A stretch of 64,000 bases of DNA from Octopus vulgaris (taxonomy: Eukaryota), in NCBI GenBank assembly GCA_951406725.2, contig OX597836.1, forward strand, positions 42,346,001 through 42,410,000. Reading direction: 5' to 3'. Positions 37,901 through 51,811 of the stretch are shown here, piece after piece; the first letter of the stretch is position 1; the number at the start of each line of letters is the position of its first letter. The position numbers and the translations under genes are program-made. The notes below the pieces were generated by a model that saw nothing but the letters and a program-made list of their open reading frames with translations, did not search any database and was not told the origin of the DNA.

Positions 37901-40900
37901 AAATCCCATCGTAACTGTTGAGGAACTAGCAGAGAAGCTTGGGTTTGGTAATTCAACCATTCAACTTAAGTCAGTGTTAGAAGAAAAACGGCCATCTTTG
38001 GTTTCAAGACGGAAGTTGTAATTCCATTAGGATAATGCTTGGCTACATACGACGATGACATTCCAAAGCTGGAGCAGTTTGAATGGGAAACGATGCCCCA
38101 CCCAGCATATTCACCAGACATTGCTCCATCTGATTATCATTTATTCCACACTCTTCAAAATAATTTGGACAGGAAAAATATGAATTATGTAGACAAGGTG
38201 TTGCCCCAGCATGGCCGCGGCCTTCGGGCTAAAACATTTTTAAGGATTTAAGGATTTAAGGTCTGAACCGTACTAGAAGGGTATTTTCTTTATGGACAAA
38301 TGAATTTTGGTAAAAGGCCCTTGCAAGTCTACCAGATAAATAATGGAAGAGCATTGTAGAAAATGAAGGAGGGTAACATTTAGATTAAAAAAGATTTTAA
38401 TTATCTTAATTTTGAAAAAATAAAAGAAATATAAAAAAAACCACATTATTTATGGGATGATCCAATATTTTTGTATTTTAGAAGTATAACCAATTTATCA
38501 ATCATCAATCAAACAATCATTAATCCATCAATCAACCAATCAATCAATCCATCAATTAATTCATCAATTAATCCATCAATCAATCAAGTAATCGATCAAA
38601 TAATCAATTCATCATCAATCCATCAATAAATATCCATCATCAATCCATCAATCTGTCCACCATCTATCCATTAGTCAATCTATCAATCAACAACGACAAC
38701 ATATGTGATAATTAACCATACCTGAGGGTTTTCCAAATTGAGATAAACCATGTGTTCTAAAGCCATTGAGAGAGATGCAGCCTCTGACGAACCGCTCAAC
38801 AAACGGTCACTGTAACCTTCCAGCATGTCCTTGAAACAACTCTTGGCTTTATCGAATTCCTCTTTCAGCAGATAGCAGTGCGCAATCGCATGAATGGTAT
38901 TCATCTTTCCGGTGTAGTTTGGGTGTATCTGGTTGTAGATATCCAAAGCCTCATGAAAAAATGTCAGGCTGTTGGAGATTTCACGCCTGGAATATGATGG
39001 CCATAGTGGTTCAATGGTAAGATCGAGTCCAAAGTGGTAGTGGTGGTGGTGGTGGTAGTGGTGGTGAAGGCAGCAGTGGTGGTGAAGATGTTAACAGTGA
39101 TGGTGATGGTGATAGTGGCAATGGTGATGGTGGTGGTGGTGGTGGTGATGGTGGTGATGATGGTAATTGTGGCAATAGTAGTGGTGATGGAGATGCTGAT
39201 GGTGGTGGTAGTGGTTGTAGTGATGGTGGTGGTGGTGGTGGTGGTGGTATCAGTAATTGTACAGGTGGCAGTGAGAGGTGGTGATGGTGGTGAAGGCGGC
39301 AGTGGTGGTGAAGATGGTAACAGTGGTAGTGATGGAAATGGTGGTGGTTCTGGTAGTGGTGGTGGAGGTGGTGATTGTCATGACAGTGGTGGTGGCGATG
39401 GCAGTGGTGGTAATAGCAGTTATTCAAGAAACAGGGAGAGAGAGTGAGAGAAAATTAGGGAGAAAGTGTACAACAGGGGTCGCTACACCCACCCCCCTGC
39501 CAGAGCCTTGTGGAACCCTAGGTGTTTTTGCTCAATAAACACACACAGCGCCCAGTCTGGGAATTGAAACCATGATCCTCCGACTATGAGTCCGCTGCCC
39601 TAACCACTGGGCCATTGCACCCCCACACATATATATATATTATAACTTGGGGTATCTACGAGATACCGGCATGCTGAAAATAGCAGCCAGGATCTGACTC
39701 TAAAACCACCTTAAGTGTTCATATAGCACAAGGAGAGAAGACAAAATGACAAAATAAAACTAGTAAAAAATTACTGGATAATTCCAGATCCCGGATTTCT
39801 AGAGTTAGATCCTGGCTGCTATTTTCAGCATGGTGGTATCTCGTAGAGACCCCAATTTATAATTTTAATAATAATTATTACCTTTGAAGGTTTTTATTTC
39901 CATGCTGGCCACTTGATAAGATCGTTATTTGATTTAAATTAACAATCTTATCCTTATTTATATATATATATATATATATACAAAAAGCAATAAAGATTCA
40001 AGTTAATTTAAATGAATTTACTTGAATATGGTACCTAACTTAGATGCACCAAAAAAAAAACTATACTGTTTTAACAATACAGTAATGTGGGGTGATTATA
40101 AGCGAGAAAGAAGCAACAAGAATGGATAGGTTTTTAGTACAATCGTTTCATACAAGGACAGGCTTTATTAAAAGTTGCAAAAATTACAGCATATAAACGT
40201 GTCCCGTACTCATCAGCTAAAATACACACAAATGCACACAAATAAAAATAAAAATAATGGTAATAAATACAATAACTCCGGTGAGATGAATAGTAGTAAT
40301 TCTACGAACCCTAAATTTAATAAAAAAGATATATTATGGCTGAATATTCCTTTCAACTGTGCGATACAATCGGATATACAGAACAAATTCAAAGTAATTC
40401 TGGAAAAAAATTTCCCTATCTCTCTGAGATATCATAGAATTATTTCTAGGAAAACAGTTAGGATTTCTTATTCAATACTCCCAAATATGTCCACTTTAAT
40501 AGCTAGGATTAATAATAACAGCATTAAACTAGCCAGGAAAGATAGAAATAAAAATATTAATATCAGCATGAATACCAATAGCAATTATAATAATACTACC
40601 AACAATAAAAACAGCAATAGTAACTATCAAAACATAGGTGAAATTAGTAACCACAGAATGACTAATAACATTAACATTAATAGTAATAATAACAATGCCG
40701 ATATTAATAGAAGTAATAATGTTAATAATAGAAATAATAGAAATAAGGCTATTGGAGAAAATAAGGAGAATGAAAATATCAGTGATATCTATAACAACAA
40801 TATGCAGTCGGATAAAAAGACTAACAATAATAGTAACATTACCAATAATATAAGAAATCATGGTAGGACTTTAGACCTAAATGATGAAATAGAAGGATCA

Positions 40901-43017
40901 ATAAATAATAGCAATACTTTAGATATCAGCACCAACTATAGAAATGATAATCAAAATAATAGGAACCTAAGACATCTACCCAAGAATAATCCAAAGCCTG
41001 AAGTTGTTCCTCCTGTGTGTAAGTGTAGAATAAAATCAAAATGCCCGGCACCTGGTCTATGTGGGGAAAATAATGTAATCTATAAATGTACCATATCCAC
41101 GGAGAATAACAAATATTTTTACATTGGATGTACAATTAATTTTTTAGCCAGAGTTAGAAATCACATCTCGTCTTTTAAATTACGTCATAAAGCTGGTACC
41201 ACCACACTTTCAAACAAAATCTGGGAACTCAAAAATAATAATAATAATTATAACCTTAATTGGGAAATAGTTAGGAGAGCAATTCCGTATAAAAATAGTA
41301 GGGTTGGTTGCCAACTATGCTCCATGGAGACGTATGAAATTCTAAAGCATAGAAAACATAGAAACTTATTGAATAACCATATCGAACTAGGTCAAGTTTG
41401 TGTCCACGCTAAATTGAAGACTTTAAAATATTTTAAATGATTAGAATATTCGTAACTAGATAGATAGATATAACTTGATTTCTACTAGTATAGCACTGCT
41501 TTAAGTAGATAACTAAGAGTTCTCACACTACAGTTATCTTTTTCCTTATATCTGCATCAGTTTTTTGAGAACAGGGAAATGAATAGTACTTATACGCTGC
41601 TTAATTGAGGCTTTATTTAATTTCAAACTCATAATTTTAAATTCTTAATTTTAAATCTTATTTGTAATTTTTAATTTTAATTCCTAACTTAATCTAATTT
41701 AAGTAGCATAACTCTAATAAAATAAAATGAGTTACTATAGCCCCATAATTCTATTTCAAAATTAAATAAATAAGGCTACTCCCTCGGTGATAATATGATT
41801 ATCTTCATTATGATAGACAATCCCCTAACACCATGTAAATGATCTTCTAAGATTTGACCTGTAGTCCGTCAATGTATGAATAATAAAGGCAACTCCTTAA
41901 GACAGTAAAATGAATAAATTAAATAAGTAAACTTTAATGACTTTTTGAACTTTAATGACTTTAGATTTTCCTAATGTATTTTCTTTTGATTTTAGCACCT
42001 GACCCCTAAACCCCTGACTGTGTTATCTCTTTAGATTCTCTTTAAATTCATAGCTGATTTCAACAGCAATAAATTAGCTGTTTTACTGGTCAAAGAATAA
42101 TATTCTCCTCTAGTTCCTAGATGCCTGTAAATTAAAACCAGACTTGCCGTCTACTAATTCTTCTGTATAACTAGAACCCTCTTTTTTTCTTTTTCTTTTT
42201 TTCCCTTCTTTCCCTATTTCTTTCTCTTTTCTCTTTTTTTCTTTTTCTTCTTCCTATTCTCTTTTTCCTTTTCTCTTCTCTTTTAGTCCCCCCCCCTTTT
42301 TGCTCCCTCCTCCTTTATTTTCTCTCTTTTCTTCTATTCCCTTCCCTTTTCTATTCTTTGCCTCTCTAGAAAGCCCTTCAGCCTTTAAAAGTTAAATAGC
42401 TACAGCCTCTTGTAAGTAGCAGTAATGTGATTAATGTGGCAAATACCTAATCATATAACAAGAATTGATACCTACCTCATTGTGTTCAACCATTGATAAA
42501 TTTATCGCCTGTGAATATGAAATTCCTCTTCATTTCTCTGGAAATTTACATCTACACCATTAGAAATTGTGCATCTATACAAAGGATTAATTCACCCTCT
42601 CTGTAATGCTAATAAGCAGGAACTGAGACCCACCTCGTTGTGATTAACAATGGATAAATTTGTCGTCTCTGAGTATGTAATCCCTCATCATATCTCTGGA
42701 AATTCATATGTGCACTATGGATTAGGTCACCTTCTCTGTGATGCTATTAAAACTTTTTTAAAATTCTGTGATAAGACTGTACATCATCTTTAAAGAACTT
42801 TAATGAACTTTGGAAATCTGTTTATGTTACTTAATTATCTACATTACTTCATGAGTATAGCCTCAACCAATAGGATGTCTAGAGAACTCACATGTATTTT
42901 AGCTGATGAGTACGGGACACGTTTATATGCTGTAATTTTTGCAACTTTTAATAAAGCCTGTCCTTGTATGAAACGATTGTACTAAAAACCTATCCATTCT
43001 TGTTGCTTCTTTCTCGC

Positions 43018-43058
<41 letters not shown>

Positions 43059-45318
43059 TTTATGCACACACACATATATATACACATACATACACACACA
43101 CGATATGTTTTTGTGTATGTGTTAATTGTAAGAAACTCTCTCTTCCGTGTGTGCAGAGAAGAGTTCCAATACACAAACTCCTTATATGGTCATACTAATG
43201 GCTGCATGCTCCAGACATGTGTCATATGACAGCAAACATGGAGCAATGTATGTACATGTTCATCATCATCATGTAATGTCCGTTGTCCAGTGTTTGAGTG
43301 GTACCTGGATGATTTGACCAGAACTGGCAAGGTGGGGAGCTGCACCAGACCCCAGTCTGATTTGGCAAGGTTTCTATAGCTGGATGCCCTTCCTAACACC
43401 AACCCCTTCACAGATGTGCTGGTTGCTTTTACATTGCAGCACATGGGCGCCTTTACACGGAACCATGTGGGTGCTATTACATGACATTGCAGAGCTACTT
43501 TTATTTGGTACCACCAAAAGAGATTTGCACCACCAGAAGGATCAATCTTAACACTTCAGCATCAGAGTACGGGTCTTCTTGAGTACGGCATGGTACCGGG
43601 TATCACCATGTTTAATCCAGGAAGATCTTTTACGGGTCTACCAGGGGTATATGCTGCACATTGTACCGACCAACTATGCGCTCCTCTCTTTTAGGCCAGT
43701 CTTTTACAGTGGAATGATTCCTGTCATTGCAGCTGTTCCAAACACACAAGAAGCACATATTTTTGGTATATCCCAGCTGCAGTCCTAGAAGGAGGGAAAT
43801 CACCTTTAAATCAAATATTCATGTTTAAGCGTTTGTATGTAGCTACCACACATGTGGCATTAAGTTTCTTATATCTTCTTGACTCAATGTGGAGAATTTT
43901 GTGATTCAGGACCAACTTGAGCAGCATAAATAAAATCATGTTTAACTCTTGGAATAATGTTTGTCTAAATTACACACAGCCTCACATTCACAATCAACCA
44001 ATTACTTACATTCGCAAATACATTCAGTTAATCTGGTTGGTCAAACGAAGCTACTTCCAATCTCAAATGCACTTGACCAATGAGGCTGATCAAACCAAAG
44101 TACTTACATTCTCAGATACACAAGACCAATGTAATGCAATACCAAGGAGGTGTTCATGTGTAGCCATCTATGCTTCTTTTGGATATCCTTGGCACTGAAC
44201 AGGAGTTGTAGTGCTTTACCTGGAGAAAGAAGAAGAAATATTAGTTACAAATTAGGGTTAGCAAGTTCAGGGGTTGTGAGTAAATCAATTACATTGACCC
44301 CAGTATATTACTGGCACCTATTTTATTGACCTCAAAATGATGAAAAGCAAAGTCAACCTCGTTGGAATTTGAATTCAGAATATAAAAACGGACAAAATAC
44401 TGCTAAAGATTTTACTTAGTATGCTAGCGATTCTACCAGCTTGCCGCTATAAAAAGGAGAAACACTGGTTTTAAATTTTGGCACAAGGTCAGCAATTTAT
44501 GGGACGGGGTTAGTCAATTACAATGATGCTAGTGCTAAGTTGGTACTTATTTTATCAACCCCGAAAGGATGAAAAGCAAAGTTGACCATGACAGAATTTG
44601 AACTCACAATATATAACTGGACAAAATACCACTAACAACTTTGCCCAACTTGTTGGTAATTCTGACAGTTCACCATCTTAAGAAGGAGAAATATTCTTTT
44701 CTACTCTAGGGACAAGGCTCGAAACTTTTTGTGGTGGTGGTGGGGGGCAGTCGATTAGATCAACCCCCAGTATGCAATTGGTACGTAATTTATCGATCCC
44801 AAAAGAATGAAATGCAAAGTTAACCTCAGCGGAATTTGAACTCAGAACGTTTAGACAGAAGAAATGCCGCTAAGCATTTCACCTGGCACGCTAATGTTTC
44901 TGCCAGCTTGTCACCTTAAAAAATATTAATAAAGAAAACGACCAAATATTTATATTTGTAGTTTTAGATTTTACTTAAAACTTAAAACTCTGTACTTACT
45001 GTGTTTGCCAAAGTTTCGGGATAATAAATTTGCTACATTAGAGTACGATATCACAGATATCTTTGGATTTACAGTAACAAGTTTCAATCTTTCACTAAGT
45101 GCAGCATTATAAAATTTGATTGCTTTATTATATTGTGAACCATCTGTTAAAAGACAAAATGAAATAATATAAACGTAATATTTCCCTATGGCCAGAGATG
45201 CTTTCACAGAAGACTGTAAATGAACAACACTGCATGGATGACAGTGACATTCGTTTACAACTATCATGCAAAGTCAAGGTAGGGAGATAGCAACACACTC
45301 AAAAACACAAACGCACAA

Positions 45319-45377
<59 letters not shown>

Positions 45378-45740
45378 TATATGGCTTTTATCAGTTTCTG
45401 TCAACCACATCCACTCACACAAATTGATTTGGTTGGCTCAGGGCCATAGTGGAAACCATCTACCCAAGGTGCCATGCAGTGGGACCGAACTCAAAACCAC
45501 GTTTCGGGGAAACAAAATTCTTCACCATACAGCCACACCTGTGCTTAAATAGAAAGTAACAAAATATTTAGGGGAAAAAAGGGGGCTGGTGGTACCATAC
45601 TTACTCCTTTCGTAATTAACACCCATTGTATTCAGCATTTTAGATAAAACAGGAGTAGTCAAGCCTGACGTTTTCTTTAAGTTTTCAGTCAATATTTTCT
45701 CACATTTATCATAATAACCTGCAAAGAAGAAGAAGAAGAA

Positions 45741-45771
<31 letters not shown>

Positions 45772-47503
45772 AAGAAGAAGAAGAACAACAACAACAACAA
45801 CAACAACAACAAGAACAAGAACAAGAAGAAGAAGAACAAGAAGAACAAGAAGAATCATTGTATGAGTATATAAACACACTTACCTTTGGTACACCTGGAC
45901 AGGTGAAAGACAAACATGTTCATCTAAGTGGGGTGATGAAAAGTTACTGGTTTTAAGGATATCACAAAAGGCCTGGCAGGGGGTAAAACAGTTCTTTTAC
46001 AGGGCTTAGAAAAACTGAAGGACGACTGCAGGAGGTGTGTGAATCTGAGAGGGAATATCATTGTCATCGTCATCATCATTTAAAGTCCACCTTCCATGCT
46101 GGCATGGGTTGGAATGTTTGATAGGAACTGACCAGGCATGAGCCTGTGCTAGACTTCTGTGTCTGTTTTGGCACAGTTTTTACACCTGGATTCCTGTCCT
46201 AACACCAACCACTTGGCAATAAAATCATAATTAATTGATCCTCCTCTATTTTCTTTTATCAAAACTTGGAACTTTTCAGCACCCCTCGTATGTACATAAT
46301 CACATGTTTTATGAGGGGGTGCTGAAAAGTTCCTGGCTTTAAGGATATCGTGAAAGACCTAGTTGGGAGCCCAACTTTCTAAATTCTTTTACAGGACTTA
46401 GAAAAACTGAAGGACCTCTGCAGCAAATGTGAGAATCTGCAAGGGGAATATGTTGATTAAAATCATAATTAACTGATCCTCCTGCACTTTCCTTAACTCA
46501 AAGCCAGGAACTTTCTCAGCATCCCCTCATGTCCACATACACTTAACAACCACATGACAGAATCTATAATGTAGTCTTCAGCTTTGCATACATGGTACAT
46601 GTTGGGCTATGGGTTTGTGGATTGTAACTAGTCTTGCAGTCGGTTTACCTACGTGTCAGACATGCGCATAGTCAGGAGAAAGACCCCTGACTAAACAACA
46701 AAAACAACAACACCATCACACCGACTCATAAAGGCCAGTTTCCCAGTTTCCATGGTGTAAATATTTCCCACCTGGATGGGACACCAGTACCTTGCAGGAT
46801 TACTCACTTTTTGCCAGCTGACTGGAGCAATGAGAAAATGAAGTATTTTATTCAAGAACACAACACATCGCCAAGTCCAGGAATTGAAACCACAATCTTA
46901 TGATCATGAGTCTAACACTAAGACCTGCGCCTACACTCATGGCAACTATTACCAGACACAAACCACATTCTGTCACATATTACACATGACCACAACTGCA
47001 AATCAACAAAGAAGCCTGTATGTGGTTACTCAACTTGCTAGAAATAGATACCAATCAAAATTTCCCCTGCAAATCACTGCCTTATTAATAAAAGGGCACA
47101 TTAGACAATGTACCCCTTGTTTCCCTACACATAAGAAAAAGGATTGACTTTTTACAGCTGGTAGACGTTTGATCATAGATCTGCTTAACAAGTGCTGACC
47201 TGGGGCCAAATAAAACCACCACCACCACCACCACCACCATCACCGCCATGAGAGACATAATACAGTTATTACCAACAAATGAGAGGTTGTAGGCCAGGTC
47301 AGAGGCACATTTGATCTTCGCATCCTGCACCATCTGTGGGCTCGCATCATTAACGGTCATGTTGTAACCCATTTCTGCAAAACTGAGAAACAAATCAAGC
47401 AGTTATCATCATCATCATCATCATCATCATCATTATCATCATCATCATCATCATTATCATTATCATCATTGATACCACCACCACCACCACCACCACCACC
47501 ACC

Positions 47504-47550
<47 letters not shown>

Positions 47551-48349
47551 TATCAGTATCACTAACATTATATTCCTCATCAACACATGAATTCATAGGG
47601 GTCCAAATGTAACCCCTTCTTTATTATATTCCTGTTAAAAATGCATTAAAAGCTAATGTTTGGAACATAAATTAAGAGGGAATTTTGAGAGATGAGAAAT
47701 CATTATTTTGATAAAATGTTTTAATTTCGATAAATTATGAGGAAATTTTAATAGAATGTTTTAATTAAGAGGAAATTTTGACAAAATACTTTAATTTCAA
47801 TAAAATGTTTTCATTTTGATAAATTCAGAAGAAATTTTGATAAAATGTTTTAAATTTGATAAATTCAGAAGAAATTTTGATAAAATGTTTTTGATAAATT
47901 AAAAGGAAATGTTGATAGAATGTTTTCTCAGAGCTTCTTTCTCCAGTTTGTGCTCCGTTCAGTTGAGGGGTTTTATCTTGCAGATCTTTAATGATCTCAT
48001 TGGTGCTTGTGGCATTTAAGAAGAATCCCAGCTGCAAGACCATGCCAAGGCAGGCTTAGAAACTGGTGGAGCACTCTGGTGTGTCTGTTCTGACCAAACT
48101 GTCCAACCCATGCCAACATGGGAAAAGAGACATTAATGATGATGATGATGATGATGATGATACTTAATTAACATAAATATGTAAGTCATATAGGATCTAA
48201 AATAATTAACAAGCTGAGTATTACATGTTAATTAGTGCGCATTATACTAATGAACAAAAGTGGGAGTGAGGAAAAGTTAGAGATGAATGAGGAAGAAAGG
48301 AAAATAGGGAATAAGAGAAAAGAAGGTTGGGAGATAGTATAATAGATAT

Positions 48350-48395
<46 letters not shown>

Positions 48396-49672
48396 TATAG
48401 ATAGAGAGAGAGAGAGAGAGAGAGTGGGAGGGAGAGAGATTTTCATCTGACTTGTACAACATACTGCAAGGCTTCCACATGATTTCCCCGCATATGGGCG
48501 TTGTCTGCCATGCTATTGTACAGCAGCACCTGTCGGTACTGGATGTTTCTCGATTTCAATACATCCAAAGCCTTCTTGTAGTGCTCCATGGCTTCTTTGT
48601 ATCCTCCATAACCTGTAGAAAACCCAAGAAAATATTCTGTTACAATGATGCCCAAAGTAATAGCTACACATGCAACAACAACAACAGCAACATCTACAAA
48701 TAATAAAAAAGCAACAGACAACATCACTGGCAATGGTAGCTTCTACGCAATCACACAATGTTGTCACAAATAACAGCTAAATTTCACTCAAATCACACTG
48801 AGTCATCTTAGAAAAAGGAAGATCACACTAGATGATGTAGTCGTAGATATACACAGCAAATGGTATGATCAGATAGAACACCTTCGATCAGAGGTCATTC
48901 TATCAAAACTAACCAGGAGGTCAGCAACAATAACAGCAGCAGCAACAATAACAACAACAACAACAACAGACGAATAAGTATTAAAGGGATGGAGGCTCCT
49001 ACGTAGTAGTTTGATCAGCTGGAAACACCAGCCAAATCTCTCTCAAATCTTACACTCGCCGTATTAAGCCACGTGAAAATATACAATAGACTTTATCTTC
49101 ATAAAGTTATCTCTATACATTCTCTATAGAAAGTAGAGCCAGCATTGAAAGATGCACTGTTTCCTTAGCGAATACATCTTTGTAAACAATGTGATCAACG
49201 GTAGAAAAATAAGTAATGGGTGTATATGCATTGAACAACAACACAGTATCAACTGATAAGCCTTTAATATACTCGGTTGTGTATTATGATTTCATAACGA
49301 GATATGGCGTCTCAACCAGTAATTAATAAACTTAAAGACTCACATGTATTACATATTGGTAATGTGGTTCAAGTGTTAATTTGGATTCCATTGCCTTTTC
49401 AATATAGAATGGTGTGTTCAATTCACACAGCAGACAAATGATGTTTATCATCAATTATTCATTGAAAGGCTCCGACATGGTTGTGTGGTAAGAACATTCC
49501 TGCTCAACCAAAGGGTTCTGAGTTCTGCCCCACTGCATTACACTTTGGACAGGTGTCGTTTGCTATAGCCTTAGGCTGGCCAAAGCCTTATGAGTGGATC
49601 TGGTTGAAAGAAACTGAAAGATTCCCATCGTATATGTATACATACTTACACACATACACACATATATGTGTA

Positions 49673-49719
<47 letters not shown>

Positions 49720-50694
49720 GAAAGTAAGAAAAATAGACGAAAATGCACATTGTATATTCCATGACATGCTTAGGATGTAGTAACAACTATATTCGCCAAA
49801 CAGGAATATCACTCCGTCGAAGAACCACTACCCACAAAGAACAAATCCGCCACCCTCAATACAGACAGTTACAGGTTAGTGAACACATAGAAAGGTGTGC
49901 TAGGAATCTTAATCCTAATTTCCAAATTTCCCTCTTCTATCAATGTTCACAGAACACCTCAATGCAACAAAGAATGAATAAAGAGGCAACTTTCATCAAT
50001 AAATAACTTCCACAACTAAATATGAATACATAACATAAGACAGAACACTACTAACCTTTCAATTAATACCACTAACCTCCATACATCCCTTACACCATTC
50101 ACATTACAATTCTATATCTAACCTAATTGCACCAAATCCAGAACTATTTACCTCCCTTACAAATAATCATTTTTCTCAGGAACTATTAGACCTGACACCG
50201 TCCATTAATCGGTGTGCATTCAAAGCAATGAATAGCAATGATTAGTAACTTATGAAACCGGTATGCTTGAATCTCTTTAATAATTTCACAATAATGACTT
50301 TTATTACTTTTATTCCTACCTCAGTTCATCCAATTGTATATATCTTTCGTAATACTACACACTGATTGGTCAGAATACAGTTCGCAAAACCTAGCAATCT
50401 GGAGCCTACCCAGCTGTATTTAAGGCACAGATTCAATCATCTCGCTACAGTCAAAAATTGTGAAGCATGACTGACACCACTACTACATGAACCTGAAGAT
50501 TGCAGAATTTAATGCATGAAAGTACTAGTTCAATCAGAATGAACATTTAACATTCTACTATTTCATTTTATTTTATTCTATTATAATATATTATCTTATA
50601 ATATATCATTATAAGATTGTAAATAAAACGTGAAAATCAGACAATGTTGGAATTCCTTTTATTAATATATTCTTCTATACACAATCACACACAC

Positions 50695-50731
<37 letters not shown>

Positions 50732-51680
50732 CAATATAGGGTGGCAAAAAAAATTTTGTAGAATTCTTTTGCCACCAGCGGCCTAGTAGGAAAAAATTAA
50801 AATAGTCATAGACCATTTTTAAGTTCAACATCAACAATAAAGGAACGACCATAATAGGCCATTCACCCACTAGAAATAACAGCCAAAGCTTCAACCGCAA
50901 ATAAAAGTTAATTCAGTAAACCAGGAGAAAATTTAAAAACATTTACCCTGTAATTTCTTATACGATATACCGTTTCATCTGCTGATTAATGGTAAACTAA
51001 CCTGATTAAATTAAATCAAGCCAATCTTCCACAGGCCCTCAGATTCATCAGTAAGAAATAGCCCAAGAATTACAGGGTAAATGTTTTTAAATTTTCTCCT
51101 GGTTTACTGAATTAACTTTTATTTGCGGTTGAAGCTTTGGCTGTTATTTCTAGTGGGTGAATGGCCTATTATGGCCGTTCCTTTATTGTTGATGTTGAAC
51201 TTAAAAATGGTCTATGACTATTTTAATTTTTTCCTACTAGGCCGCTGGTGGCAAAAGAATTCTACAAAATTTTTTTTGCCACCCTATATTGATTAATTAT
51301 GAATTTTCTGGTTAATTCCGTAATGGAATCGACGGCTTATATTTATTTGCTGCCGATAAATTTGGCGCGAGTGCGACGATTTGAAAATTTTAGGTCAGAT
51401 ATAAACTTGGCAACGTCGGAAATGCCTCGTGAAAATATCTGTTCCTCTTGGGCTATTTCTTACTGATGAATCTGAGGGCCTGTGGAAGATTGGCTTGATT
51501 TAATTTAATCAGGTTAGTTTACCATTAATCAGCAGATGAAACGGTATATCGTATAAGAAATTACAGGGTAAATGTTTTTAAATTTTCCCCTGGTTTACTG
51601 AATTAACTTTTATTTGCGGTTGAAGCTTTGGCTGTTATTTCTAGTGGGTGAATGGCCTATTATGGCCGTTCCTTTATTGT

Positions 51681-51725
<45 letters not shown>

Positions 51726-51756
51726 CACACACACACATACATACATACATATATTT

Positions 51757-51811
<55 letters not shown>

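Larger units (their letters stand above)
39981..43018 (+). mobile_element. 5'-truncated Penelope-like retroelement with inverted terminal segment, in a (TA)n tract; copy B only
   Basis: ORF with RT-thumb-like [18 protein letters not shown] and GIY-YIG domain; ~125-bp inverted repeat 40102-40226 vs 42893-43017 carrying a hammerhead; (TA)n on both sides. Confidence 0.85.
50730..51684 (+). mobile_element. Non-coding hammerhead-bearing retrozyme-like element: inverted partial copy + ~490-bp monomer + partial second monomer, between (TA)n tracts
   Basis: 50730-51068 is the reverse complement of parts of 51068-51684; sequence at ~51068 repeats at ~51559; intact hammerhead at the monomer junction. 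Confidence 0.78.
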
